The notes under the pieces: model-generated
The model's database searches: none
The model's input: only the letters and a program-made list of their open reading frames with translations
What the model was told of the DNA's origin: nothing
Translations under genes and position numbers: made by a program
Part shown: piece by piece, positions 30,640-40,210 of the stretch
Position numbering within the stretch: position 1 is the stretch's first letter
How the letters are laid out: every line of letters starts with the position of its first letter
DNA from: Candidatus Bathyarchaeia archaeon
Lineage (GTDB): Archaea; Thermoproteota; Bathyarchaeia; Bathyarchaeales; Bathycorpusculaceae
Assembly (NCBI GenBank): GCA_050010515.1
Contig: JBEKKX010000004.1
Span: forward strand, 1-64,000
Reading direction: 5' to 3'
Length of the DNA stretch: 64,000 bases

Positions 30640-30816
30640 GAATTTGCGGACCATGTTATTTCTATGCAGGTTTTATTGGGCTGTTTGAGTGAGAAAATTC
30701 AGGGTTAGTTAAATTTTTGTTCAAGACAAAGATGTTGCTTGAGCTAATGCAAAGAAACGCTTCAGTAAACGTTAAATTTTGGTTAAGGGTGTCATTTTCT
30801 GTTAGGTGAAAATGTA

Positions 30817-31386
30817 ATGCCGCAAGTTGAAAAGGCGCAGGGGCCTAAAGGAGCAAAAAAAACGGACCTTAATACTGTTTTGGATGTCGCGAAAAAGCGG
30901 GCGGAGGAGCTGGGAATCAAGTCGGTCATTGTGGCTTCCACCAAAGGAGAGACCGGGGTTAAGGCGGCAGAGATGTTTAGAGGCTATAATGTTGTGGTGG
31001 TAACGCATAGCACGGGCTTTAGCGGGGTGGACGTTCAGGAATTGACACCAGAGAATCGGGAACGCATTCTAAAGGCTGGCGGCAAAATCTTGACAACCAC
31101 ACACGCATTTGGGGGCTTAGGTCGGGCAGTCAGGAGAAAGTTTAGCACTTACCAATCTGACGAGATCGTTGCGAACACGCTGCGCGTTTTTGGTCAAGGA
31201 ACCAAGGTGGCGATTGAAATTGCGTTGATGGCGGCTGATTCAGGACTTGTAAGTGTTAAAGAGGACGTGATTTCCATAGGCGGATCGGGCCATGGAGCTG
31301 ACACAGCTCTTGTGCTTCAGCCAGCCAACGTTCAGGATTTCTTTGATGTGAAAGTACGCGAGATCATTTGTAAACCTTGGCTGTGA
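30817..31386 (+). CDS. Pyruvate kinase C-terminal-like domain protein (MTH1675-like)
   Basis: IVASTKGETG, VVVTH, LRVFGQGTKVAIEIALMAADSG, GADTA, REIICKP. Confidence 0.88.
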   Translation: MPQVEKAQGPKGAKKTDLNTVLDVAKKRAEELGIKSVIVASTKGETGVKAAEMFRGYNVVVVTHSTGFSGVDVQELTPENRERILKAGGKILTTTHAFGGLGRAVRRKFSTYQSDEIVANTLRVFGQGTKVAIEIALMAADSGLVSVKEDVISIGGSGHGADTALVLQPANVQDFFDVKVREIICKPWL

Positions 31387-31606
31387 AAACCTACCGAGGC
31401 TTTTGAGCCCGCGGTTTTGAATAAAGAGCGGGTTCAGCCTTAAAGCATGCCTAGTTTTAAACAGAGAAGCGGCTGCGTTTAGATTGTTTTTACTGGAAAT
31501 ATCCACACAAGTCTGTTATTCCCTGTAAAATCCCGTTGATCCTTCGGGTAAGGTCGCCCAACCAATTTAGCCTCTCCACGGTATTTATATAAGGGTTGCT
31601 TTCACG

Positions 31607-31630
31607 GGTTCTGTGAAGTCTTCGTTTGGT
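31607..31630 (+). repeat. Left terminal inverted repeat
   Basis: GGTTCTGTGAAGTCTTCGTTTGGT. Subterminal repeat TTCGTTTGGTAAG again at 31648-31660. Confidence 0.92.
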
Positions 31631-31770
31631 AAGTTTTATTGGGAAAATTCGTTTGGTAAGATTCTGTTAGGTTTCTACAACCCCTTTGCCCGTTGACCTT
31701 CTTTTGTGTTTAACTACGGTGTGCGCTGAGTTGACTATGTATATTTTGAATCAAGATTGGTTTTGAGAAA

Positions 31771-32499
31771 ATGAAACATAATCCTCAAGCAATCACAAGT
31801 GCCATGCAACTTTACTTCTCAGGTGAAAGCCTAAGAAACACTCAAAAGTCACTTAAGCTTTTAGGAGTTGAAGTTTCATATAGAACCGTTCTTAACTGGA
31901 TAAAGAAATATGTTAGCCTCATGAAAAACTATGTTGAAACCATCACTCCAAACGTAGGTGACACTTGGAGAGCAGACGAACTATGGATAAAAGTCAAAGG
32001 TGACATGAAGTATTTGTTTGCTATGATGGATGATGAAACACGCTTTTGGATAGCTCAAGAAGTGGCAGAGACTAAATTCACTCATGATGCAAGGAAACTT
32101 TTGCAGATGTCTAAACAGTGGATGGGAAATAAACCCATGACTTTCATAACCGATGGGCTTCCAGCTTATCATGATGCTTACAAAAGGGAGTTTTGGACAC
32201 AGAAGAAAGAAACTCGAACCGAACATGTCAGACACATTACGATAAGAGGCGACAAGAACAATAACAAGATGGAAAGAATGAACGGCGAGATTAGAGACCG
32301 AGAAAAGACCATGAGAGAACTAAAAACCAAAGACACCACAATCCTTCAAGGCTACCAACTATTCCACAACTACATTAGACCTCACGAAGCACTAGACGGC
32401 AAAACTCCAAGCGAAGCATGTGGCATAACGATTGAAGGGCAAAACAAATGGAAAATGCTGATACAAAACGCAAGCAAAAAAGAGATGGAAGAAAGTTAA
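31771..32499 (+). CDS. IS6 family DDE transposase
   Basis: SLR..VSYRTVLNW HTH, WRADE, FITDG, NNKMERMN, HNYIRPH..L.GKTP. Confidence 0.93.
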   Translation: MKHNPQAITSAMQLYFSGESLRNTQKSLKLLGVEVSYRTVLNWIKKYVSLMKNYVETITPNVGDTWRADELWIKVKGDMKYLFAMMDDETRFWIAQEVAETKFTHDARKLLQMSKQWMGNKPMTFITDGLPAYHDAYKREFWTQKKETRTEHVRHITIRGDKNNNKMERMNGEIRDREKTMRELKTKDTTILQGYQLFHNYIRPHEALDGKTPSEACGITIEGQNKWKMLIQNASKKEMEES

Positions 32500-32506
32500 T
32501 CGAGAA

Positions 32507-32791
32507 CTATGTGAAGCAATATCCTTGTGCATTTAATTCTTTTAGGTAATCTTCAGTAGAAAAAGGGCAATTAATCAAATCTATAAATTTCTTCTTTTCT
32601 AATTTTAACTGTAAGGACATTTTGTTAATCAGATAGTCATTAATCTCATTGCTTCCATGGCTTAATTTCGTATGGATTGAAGTTTTCTTGCCTTTGACAT
32701 AAAGAATTAGATAAGTATGATCGCCCTCGGACTGGAAAAAGCCTTTCTTTCTCAAACCATTGAGAATTTCTCTTGCCTTAAGAATGGTCAT
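32507..32791 (-). CDS. HicA-like toxin
   Basis: REILNGLRKKGF..EGDH, basic 94 aa, HG..I...LI.KM..Q. Confidence 0.75.
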   Translation of the reverse strand: MTILKAREILNGLRKKGFFQSEGDHTYLILYVKGKKTSIHTKLSHGSNEINDYLINKMSLQLKLEKKKFIDLINCPFSTEDYLKELNAQGYCFT

Positions 32792-32804
32792 TGGTGCAAA
32801 GCAC

Positions 32805-33317
32805 CTATTGTTTTATGTGACTTAGAATCCTTTTCTTAAGTTCTTTAGCATCCTTTGTCAATTTGCTATCGGCTTCCTTGCCATACTCATTCCAAATAAA
32901 CAAAATTTCTTCTTCAAAATCTTTGATACAATCTTCCAACTTAGGCGACATAGTAACTACATCTAACTCTTCGTTTCGACAAGAGTAACAATTATCACTA
33001 AAAGAGATACTAGCGACAAAAGGCTCAGCAAACGACAATTTTTTGCCATTAATATCAATATGATCTAATGTAATAAAGTCAACAGATGGCAATTTAGACT
33101 TTTCAGTCGGTTGCAAGGTCTTTTTAGTCCATGCCATTGAAGAATTTATGGGTGTCATTGAAAGAGCAGATGAACCTAACGAAAAATCCAAAATGTCAAA
33201 TACTTCAATAATGGACTGTGTATCTTCGTGCGATACTCGCAGTTTTGGCGTGATAGCATTCTGTCTTCCACCCCAAACTTGAGTAGAAGCGTAGTCTAAT
33301 TGCGTAGCGAAATTCAT
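32805..33317 (-). CDS. Putative antitoxin with C-terminal HicB-like domain
   Basis: YSCRNEELDVVTMSPKLEDCIKDFEEEILFIWNEY. ATG overlaps the upstream stop (ATGA). Confidence 0.6.
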   Translation of the reverse strand: MNFATQLDYASTQVWGGRQNAITPKLRVSHEDTQSIIEVFDILDFSLGSSALSMTPINSSMAWTKKTLQPTEKSKLPSVDFITLDHIDINGKKLSFAEPFVASISFSDNCYSCRNEELDVVTMSPKLEDCIKDFEEEILFIWNEYGKEADSKLTKDAKELKKRILSHIKQ

Positions 33318-33607
33318 TTTGCTGCCACCAGACTCAAGTTTCCATTCTTGAAAATCTTTAGGTTCCATTTTGAGCCAACAGCATATAGAACTTTATCAGT
33401 CTTAAAAATCAACGATAATTCATTGAAGGCAATCTGTTTTCCAACAAAATTCTCTCTTATGGCAGAAGGAATGCGAGCAATTATTTCTGGTTTGTTTTCT
33501 ACATAATAGCCAAAATTAACTTGATAAGCTAAATCGCCTGTAGCCATTTCTGATATAACATTAACACCAGTGACTGTGAGTATTTTGTTTACGACACATT
33601 CAGGCAT
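33314..33607 (-). CDS. Hypothetical beta-rich protein, first gene of the IS cargo operon
   Basis: 97 aa, AGGAG SD, stop coupled to the next gene. Confidence 0.7.
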   Translation of the reverse strand: MPECVVNKILTVTGVNVISEMATGDLAYQVNFGYYVENKPEIIARIPSAIRENFVGKQIAFNELSLIFKTDKVLYAVGSKWNLKIFKNGNLSLVAAK

Positions 33608-33747
33608 AGCCAGTTTCTCCTATTTCATTCAGAAACATTATGTCTTAATTGTTTTCCAACTAATTATAGTTGTTCCTTCAAAATAAATAGTTCGAATATG
33701 TAATTTTGTTATACTCTCCACCAAACGGTTTTTCACATGAACCCAAA

Positions 33748-33771
33748 ACCAAACGGAGACTTCACAGAACC
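33748..33771 (-). repeat. Right terminal inverted repeat
   Basis: Reverse complement GGTTCTGTGAAGTCTCCGTTTGGT. Degenerate inner copy at 33720-33743. Confidence 0.92.
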
Positions 33772-33871
33772 CTTTCACGTAACCTTTGGATTGGCAGCTT
33801 GGTACTTTGCAATTAACTTTTCTATACAAAGTTGGCGTAAGTTTAATTGTTTAGAAGTTTGATTAGTCGTT

Positions 33872-35221
33872 ATGCCGCGTTTGTGGTTTGACAAGGGCAC
33901 GCTCCTGTTGAAGGGGGAGGTTGGAACTCCATATGGTAAATGGGACAGCCGAAGCGGTTGTTACCGACTTAAGGCTAGCCACTACAAGGACGCCTTGGGA
34001 TATTTTAAAGAAAGCAGAATCCACTACGAAGATGATGTTCCAAATCTGCCTCCTCTCGAACAAGTAAAGAGCAACGTGGAACTGAGAACTTACCAAAACA
34101 AGGCCTTAGACAACTGGCAACGTGCAGGCAACAGAGGAGTACTAGTTTTGCCCACAGCAGCCGGAAAAACCTTCATTGCACTCAAAGCAATTGATCTCCT
34201 CAGAACACAGACATTGATAATCGTTCCCACTTTGGATCTAATTGACCAGTGGAGAAAACGAGTGAGAGAATGCCTCGGCGTGGAAGCCGGCGTCGTAGGC
34301 GGAGGCGAAAACATCATACGGATGGTGACGGTCTCAACCTATGATTCAGCTTACTCCCAAGCGGCACAGTTAGGAAACAGATTTATGTTCTTGGTTTTTG
34401 ATGAGGTGCATCATTTAGCTTCCCCGGGGTACATGCAAATCGGAGAAATGTACATTGCACCCTACCGCATGGGCTTAACCGCCACCTACGAAAGAAGCGA
34501 CCAGAGACATGCACTTCTTCCACTGATTGTAGGCGACCCAGTTTACTCTATCGACATTGAAGAACTCGCAGGAAAACACCTCTCACCCTACACGTACGAG
34601 AAAGTATCAGTCGAACTGACCCCTGAAGAACAACAAACCTACGAAACAGAGATGAGCGTCTTTAAAAACTATCTTAACCAGAGACGAATCGTCCTGAAAA
34701 GCGCAGCTGACTTTCAAAGGTTCATAATGACCACTGGCAGAGACCCACATGCCCGAGAAGCACTTCTCGCTCGAAACCGCGCCCTAAGAGTTGCAGTCAA
34801 CTCCGAGGCAAAACTCAACCAGTTAGCCCAAAGACTTGAAACGTACAAAGACGAGAAAATTCTGATTTTCACACTCTACAACGACTTAGTCTATACGATT
34901 AGTAAGCGTTTTCTGATTCCAGCCGTCACGTATCAGACCCCAAGGGAGGAGCGCCGCGAAATATTGGCCAACTTCGGAAACGGCAAGTACAAAGTCATAG
35001 TTACTTCTCAGGTTCTCGACGAGGGCATGGATGTTCCAGACGCGTCAGTCGGCTTAATACTAGGCGGAACCGGAAGCACCCGAGAGTACGTGCAACGACT
35101 AGGGCGGCTCCTCAGAAAGAAAGAAGGCAAAACCGCCAAACTAGTAGAAATCATCTCCAAGGAAACCGTGGAAGTCGGCATCAGCCGCAGGCGACGCCTA
35201 AAAACTGGAGAGGCATCATAG
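33872..35221 (+). CDS. xpb: XPB/Rad25-like SF2 helicase
   Basis: LRTYQ, LPTAAGKT, DEVHH, GLTATYER.D, VLDEGMDVP, QRLGRLLR. Confidence 0.92.
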   Translation: MPRLWFDKGTLLLKGEVGTPYGKWDSRSGCYRLKASHYKDALGYFKESRIHYEDDVPNLPPLEQVKSNVELRTYQNKALDNWQRAGNRGVLVLPTAAGKTFIALKAIDLLRTQTLIIVPTLDLIDQWRKRVRECLGVEAGVVGGGENIIRMVTVSTYDSAYSQAAQLGNRFMFLVFDEVHHLASPGYMQIGEMYIAPYRMGLTATYERSDQRHALLPLIVGDPVYSIDIEELAGKHLSPYTYEKVSVELTPEEQQTYETEMSVFKNYLNQRRIVLKSAADFQRFIMTTGRDPHAREALLARNRALRVAVNSEAKLNQLAQRLETYKDEKILIFTLYNDLVYTISKRFLIPAVTYQTPREERREILANFGNGKYKVIVTSQVLDEGMDVPDASVGLILGGTGSTREYVQRLGRLLRKKEGKTAKLVEIISKETVEVGISRRRRLKTGEAS

Positions 35222-36790
35222 TTGCTTCCAAGTAACCTGCTGGTGGTGTGGAAGAGAAAAGGCGAGATCCTGCCCCGCTACGCCAAACTCTCCAATGACA
35301 ATCTCGAAGTTGCAGGCGTCCTCATCGAAGCATACAAGAAACATATTGGAGAAAAGAAGAAAGCCCTCAAAACCGTAGTCACTGACCTTGAGAACAGAGG
35401 ACACGAGTATCGCTTCGTTAGGGCGTTAGCTTTGCTGCTTGACCGAAAAGGCACATTCACCTGCAACAGCAAAATCAACCCCATTGACTTAAGAAGAAAA
35501 ATCTTTCAAGCAACAGAAAAAGTTGGTTTACCCATAACTCCAGAAAAGCGACAAAGAATAATCGATGCCGTCGCTTCAGAAATGGGGCTGACAACGGAAA
35601 ACTTTGAGGAGTATCTGTACGCTGACTTAGATGACGAGTTAATTCTTGAAAAGTTTGCTCCTCCCTCAGCATATGAGCTGCTTGAACAGTACAATCTTAG
35701 CCTGTCACAGACGCTTCTATTTGACTCCACAGAACTAAGCTTCACGGCATCTGGCAACTGGCAGAGCCTGTTTTATTTTGTGAAAAAACTGGGTCTTATC
35801 TATGAGGTGTTCCGCGATAATGGTTTGTGGGTGAAAATAGACGGACCAGCCAGCCTCTTCAAGCTCACAAAAAGGTATGGAATTAGCATAGCTAAGCTTC
35901 TTCCCATAATCGTCGCCAATCCCGAATGGACCGTCAACGCAAAGATACTGTGGAAGTACACAAACGAAATCTGCAACTTCAAAATCGAAAGCCAAAAGCA
36001 TGGCACGCTGTTTAAGAAGCCTAATTTGCCACCTGCAACCTACGACAGTGCCGCTGAAGAGAGCTTTGCTTTACAGTTTCAAGCTGTAAAGTCCGGTTGG
36101 ACTTTGAAAAGAGAACCGGAACCTGTTCCCGCGGGAACCCAGGTGATAATACCCGATTTTTCCCTTGAAAGAGCCGGCGTCAAAATCTACCTAGAGATTG
36201 TTGGGTTCTGGACTGAAGAATACTTACTGCGAAAAGCAGAAAAGCTAAAGCAAGTAGAAGTCAAGATGCTTCTGCTAGTTGATGAAGCTTTGGCATGTGA
36301 GAAACTCGCTGCACTGGAGAAGCGACCGCAATTGAACTTCATTTATTATCACGACAAAATCCCCCTCGCATCAATTCTGCGTTACTTAGAAGCCGCTTTC
36401 GAAGGAGTCAAAGCTAGAGAGATCAAATTCTTAGAGAACCTCCCAGTTAAATTTACAGAGCCAGTTATCTCCTACGACGAATTTGCAGCTAGAATCGGCA
36501 TTTCCACAGAAGCCGCCAAAGCGGTTCTAACAGTTAATCCTCCTCCAGGCTACGTGGCAATGCCCAACATTCTAGTAAGTAAAGAAAAGCTGATTCAAAT
36601 AAACAATCAAATCGAAGAATGCCTAAAGCAATCAGGAAAGCTACCTCTTACCCAAGCAATAAGGCTAATTGAAGCTGAAGGAGTAAGTGACGCATCTTGC
36701 GCCTTAACTCAACTCGGCTATAAAATTACCTGGCATGGAATAAACAGCGAACAAGCTGAAGTCTCCAAGCCTTCAACGATGGGGGAGTAG
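35222..36790 (+). CDS. bax1: Bax1 (DUF790) nuclease, XPB partner
   Basis: MLPSNLL, LYADL, YNLSLSQTLL, IDGPASLF...RYG, IPDF, LEIVGFWT. Directly follows xpb. Confidence 0.92.
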   Translation: MLPSNLLVVWKRKGEILPRYAKLSNDNLEVAGVLIEAYKKHIGEKKKALKTVVTDLENRGHEYRFVRALALLLDRKGTFTCNSKINPIDLRRKIFQATEKVGLPITPEKRQRIIDAVASEMGLTTENFEEYLYADLDDELILEKFAPPSAYELLEQYNLSLSQTLLFDSTELSFTASGNWQSLFYFVKKLGLIYEVFRDNGLWVKIDGPASLFKLTKRYGISIAKLLPIIVANPEWTVNAKILWKYTNEICNFKIESQKHGTLFKKPNLPPATYDSAAEESFALQFQAVKSGWTLKREPEPVPAGTQVIIPDFSLERAGVKIYLEIVGFWTEEYLLRKAEKLKQVEVKMLLLVDEALACEKLAALEKRPQLNFIYYHDKIPLASILRYLEAAFEGVKAREIKFLENLPVKFTEPVISYDEFAARIGISTEAAKAVLTVNPPPGYVAMPNILVSKEKLIQINNQIEECLKQSGKLPLTQAIRLIEAEGVSDASCALTQLGYKITWHGINSEQAEVSKPSTMGE

Positions 36791-37238
36791 GCAGTCCAGT
36801 AGCTTACCTGTCCGCTACTGAGAACTGGAAAATTCCAACCCAAAGAAAATTCTGCTAGAAGCTCAGACGACCTTAGCAATTATGAACATAGTGGAGGCTC
36901 ATAATGTTTACGTGCATGCAAATGTAGTTCTTTGGTGTTTTCAAAATTTGAGCCACACCACGGGCATTCAAAATCATCTTTCATAATACCATCAAACATA
37001 CTAAAACTATTTTGTTTTTAAACTTGTGTGGGTGGCTAGTGTATACAACAATTCTTCAAACAAAAGAATAAAACAGCAAAATTAAGAAAACAAAGCTTCC
37101 AGTGCAGTTCACACCCTTATTTGAACACGCAATCAAGAAAAACGTTCTGATTTCTCATGTAGAGCAAGACGAAAAGAAGATCAAAAATGCGCTCAAAAAA
37201 TTCATGCACCGAGAAGACAAATGTAGAGTGGCAGCTCT

Positions 37239-37629
37239 TCATATTTTTCTTATTATCATGTAGACTATCCCAGAAGCCAGCAGCAGAGCCGTCCATATCC
37301 ACTGTTGCAGCGGCAAAAACACCATTAAACCTAAACAGGAGATGAGCCCCGCAATCGAAATCATTCTTGGATAGAGATTTTTCTCAGGTTGCAACTTCAA
37401 AGCGATAATGTTGGTCACGGCGTAGTAGATCAAAAATCGTCAAGCTTGTTAGCGTAGCAACCTGTACCAAGCTTCCAGTTAAAACTAGTGCAAGCACTAT
37501 TGCTGAAGTCACAATGACCGAGTTAACCGGATTCACATCCCTCATTTGAGAGGGAAACTTTGGAAAGTCATTGTTACGCGCCATCGCAAACACAGTTCGA
37601 GACGACGAAAACAAATCAATTAACAACAC
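37239..37629 (-). pseudogene. 3' fragment of an APC-family amino-acid permease, frameshifted
   Basis: SRTVFAMARNNDFPK..P.NSV in one frame and YYAVTNIIALKL in another. 5' part missing. Confidence 0.75.
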
Positions 37630-37770
37630 CCAAACCTAACTTCCGCTTCCTTCCATGAGTTCAACTCCATCAATAGCACAGCAACTAAACAAAAATCGCA
37701 TAAAAATGAAAACCTTAATAACTAAAAAAGCACTTATCAAGAAACTACTTCAAGTCGAAGGGAAGATAAT

Positions 37771-38694
37771 TTGAAAAAGATAATAACTATGGTAATTATA
37801 GCAGCTTTAGTTTTAGCTGCGTTTAGTATGTTGTCTACGCAAAGTGTGAAAGCGGCCACATCTGAAGCCAGTGTTCTTACTTACAGCTGGTATACTGCTC
37901 CTTCAAACACTGTCCTAGCATCAGCACCTGGCGATTTTATCGTCGTCGGTGAAGTTGAGAATGTGGGTTCAAACATCATAGAAAACGTAACTCTTCAAGG
38001 CACCGCTCTCAGCTCCGCCGGAACGGCGTTGGCCACAACCACCACTCAAGCATTCGTGTACCATACGCTTCCTGGGCAGAAGGCTCCTTTCTACCTGGAC
38101 TTTACTGCTGCAAGTAGCACCACAGACAACCTAAGCTGGATCTCTTCAGTCAGCTCTGTCCAAGTTATAGTTACTTCCGTTACTGATACAACTGCCAGAC
38201 AATATTCAGGTGTGATGATTCCAGCTGAAGGTGGCAGCTCTGCTTACACCCCCGGTAATGGCAGCTACATTGTTATAGGAACCATTGTGAACAATGGAAC
38301 TCAAATGGATCAATATCCCTGGGTTGTTGCAACATTTTATAACAGTACTGGAGCAGTTATAGGTATGAATTTCACAGTTGAGCTAACTAGCTCTCTTGCC
38401 CCTACTGACGCCTTAAGGTTTTTTGCAACACCCACAGATGACACATCTCAATTGACAAGTGAAATAGCCAGCTACTCATTAATGGTTGATTCCTTAACCA
38501 TGTCGAGTTCTACTTCAACACCTACTTCTTCGCCCACCTCCTCACCTTCAAAATCAACGCCACAACTGCCAATATTGCCCATAGCAGTCGCAGTAGTCGT
38601 CATTGTAGTCGTCATCGCCGCTCTGATGTTACTTAGAAAACGCCAAAAGATACCTCCACCGCCCCCGCCGCCACCCCCACCACCAACTCCCTAA
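37771..38694 (+). CDS. Cell-surface protein with two FxLYD-like domains, TM anchor and poly-Pro tail
   Basis: Signal peptide, VVGEVENVG/GTIVNNG repeats, VATFYNSTG, S/T/P linker, TM, RKRQK, 11 consecutive Pro. Confidence 0.85.
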   Translation: MKKIITMVIIAALVLAAFSMLSTQSVKAATSEASVLTYSWYTAPSNTVLASAPGDFIVVGEVENVGSNIIENVTLQGTALSSAGTALATTTTQAFVYHTLPGQKAPFYLDFTAASSTTDNLSWISSVSSVQVIVTSVTDTTARQYSGVMIPAEGGSSAYTPGNGSYIVIGTIVNNGTQMDQYPWVVATFYNSTGAVIGMNFTVELTSSLAPTDALRFFATPTDDTSQLTSEIASYSLMVDSLTMSSSTSTPTSSPTSSPSKSTPQLPILPIAVAVVVIVVVIAALMLLRKRQKIPPPPPPPPPPPTP

Positions 38695-38858
38695 CAGCCT
38701 CCGAACTCAATCTTTTTTCTCCTCAGTTATATTCCTGAACAAGACACCCATACCAAGCATGAGAGCATACATAGTAACATTTTCTGCAGAACTGTAGATC
38801 CGTAAGTGGGTTAGCTTTGTGTGCTCTACTACCTACCCGGGTAGTATAGTTATATACG

Positions 38859-38884
38859 TTTTGACGGTACATTTTGACGGTACA
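38859..38884. repeat. 13-bp perfect tandem duplication
   Basis: TTTTGACGGTACA twice. Confidence 0.9.
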
Positions 38885-39076
38885 GTTGGGCTGGCAGTAA
38901 AGTTTGAGTGGTTTCTTGGCTTGGATTGCTCAGGCTTCTGCAGGTAAACATTCTTAGGTGTCGTTGAAGGCTTTCAAGCCGCCTTAAGTTGGCTTGCAAA
39001 TCTACTTAGCAAGTAAAAGCGTTAGACCCAAGCAGGTGCCAGACACTTTCGGAACTACTGCAAAAAACCAACAAAT

Positions 39077-40210
39077 CTAGGTTGCCTGTTGATTTCCATT
39101 CTTATTATTATGCAGTTCCGATAATCTGAGAAGCGTCTCCTTGTAGACCTGAATGGCGTTCAAGTACTCGCTTATGTCAATGTGCTCATCCAAAGTGTGA
39201 TCAAGATGCGAATCGCCTGGACCATAAGTAACTATTGGCAAGTTCATGGCTCTGCCAAGAATGTTCATGTCGCCCGTGCCTGTTTTGCGCAGAAGCATTG
39301 CAGGTTTGTTCAGCACTTTCCTAACCGACGAAGACAGCACATGCACTATTGGTGAAGCCTTGTCAACTTCGAAAGGCTCAACAGTGTCAAGAACGGTTGC
39401 TTTCACTGTAACCTTTGGATTAGCAGCTTGGTACTTTGCAATTATCTTCTCTATCTGCTCAAAAACCTGAGCCGTGGTAAACTGTATTGGCACTCGGACG
39501 TCAAGATTCATCTCAGCCTCAAAGGGAACAACAGAAGTTGCTCTGCCACCCGCAACTTTAACCAAACACGCCGTAACAGCATTAAATGGGCTTTCCGAAG
39601 GATCCAACGAGGGATAAGAAGAAGCGTTTTTGATTAGTCCCCAAACCTCATACGCTTTCTCCAAGGCATTATCGTAAAGCCAAGGCGTAGACGAATGCCC
39701 CGTCTCAGTTTTGCAAACGATTTTGAGCTGGATTTGGCCTTTGTAGCCAATGGTTACGTTCTCAACGCCGCTGGGTTCACCGAAAACAGCGTAGTCAGCC
39801 TTAATTCCCTGAGTTATCAGATGCTTCACACCGCGGCTGGTAGCTTCCTCTTCCACAACGCTGGCAACCAAAATTTTACCCTTAAACCCAAGCTCCTTAG
39901 CAGCCGAGACTGCAGCCATAATCATTGCGGCAAGCGGACCCTTCGCGTCCACGGCGCCTCGAGCGTAAATTTTGCCTTCTTCAATCCGAAGCGGCAGATG
40001 CCCGGCTACCGTATCCATATGCCCGCATAATAAGATAACTGGTTCGCCCTCGCCGACAACGCCGATTACATTTCCAATGGCGTCTTTGCCAACCTCAAAA
40101 CCCATCCGCTTCATTTCATAAGCTAAGAAGTTGGCTGCGTCCTCTTCTTTTCCTGAAGGGCTGTAAATGCCCAGAAGGTTAGTTAGGAACCGTACTGCTT
40201 GCTCGCTCAT
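39077..40210 (-). CDS. lysK: [LysW]-lysine/[LysW]-ornithine hydrolase (M20)
   Basis: CGHMDTV, GRGAVDAKGP-like, VEEE, GEPS, KTGTGDMN, YGPGDS.LDH. Confidence 0.93.
   Translation of the reverse strand: MSEQAVRFLTNLLGIYSPSGKEEDAANFLAYEMKRMGFEVGKDAIGNVIGVVGEGEPVILLCGHMDTVAGHLPLRIEEGKIYARGAVDAKGPLAAMIMAAVSAAKELGFKGKILVASVVEEEATSRGVKHLITQGIKADYAVFGEPSGVENVTIGYKGQIQLKIVCKTETGHSSTPWLYDNALEKAYEVWGLIKNASSYPSLDPSESPFNAVTACLVKVAGGRATSVVPFEAEMNLDVRVPIQFTTAQVFEQIEKIIAKYQAANPKVTVKATVLDTVEPFEVDKASPIVHVLSSSVRKVLNKPAMLLRKTGTGDMNILGRAMNLPIVTYGPGDSHLDHTLDEHIDISEYLNAIQVYKETLLRLSELHNNKNGNQQAT

Larger units (their letters stand above)
31607..33771 (+). mobile_element. IS6-family element with passenger genes (2165 bp)
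   Basis: 24-bp TIRs with 1 mismatch starting GGTTCTGT, 8-bp TSD CTTTCACG at 31599-31606 and 33772-33779, DDE transposase inside. Confidence 0.92.

Noticed and set aside
31621-31660. Direct repeat TTCGTTTGGTAAG as a possible mini-CRISPR
   Set aside because: Only two 13-bp units, explained as IS terminal and subterminal repeats. No cas genes in the window.
33314-33607. Faint resemblance of the 97-aa cargo protein to arcadin-1/OB-fold proteins
   Set aside because: Only an impression from the hydrophobic pattern. Needs a structure search.
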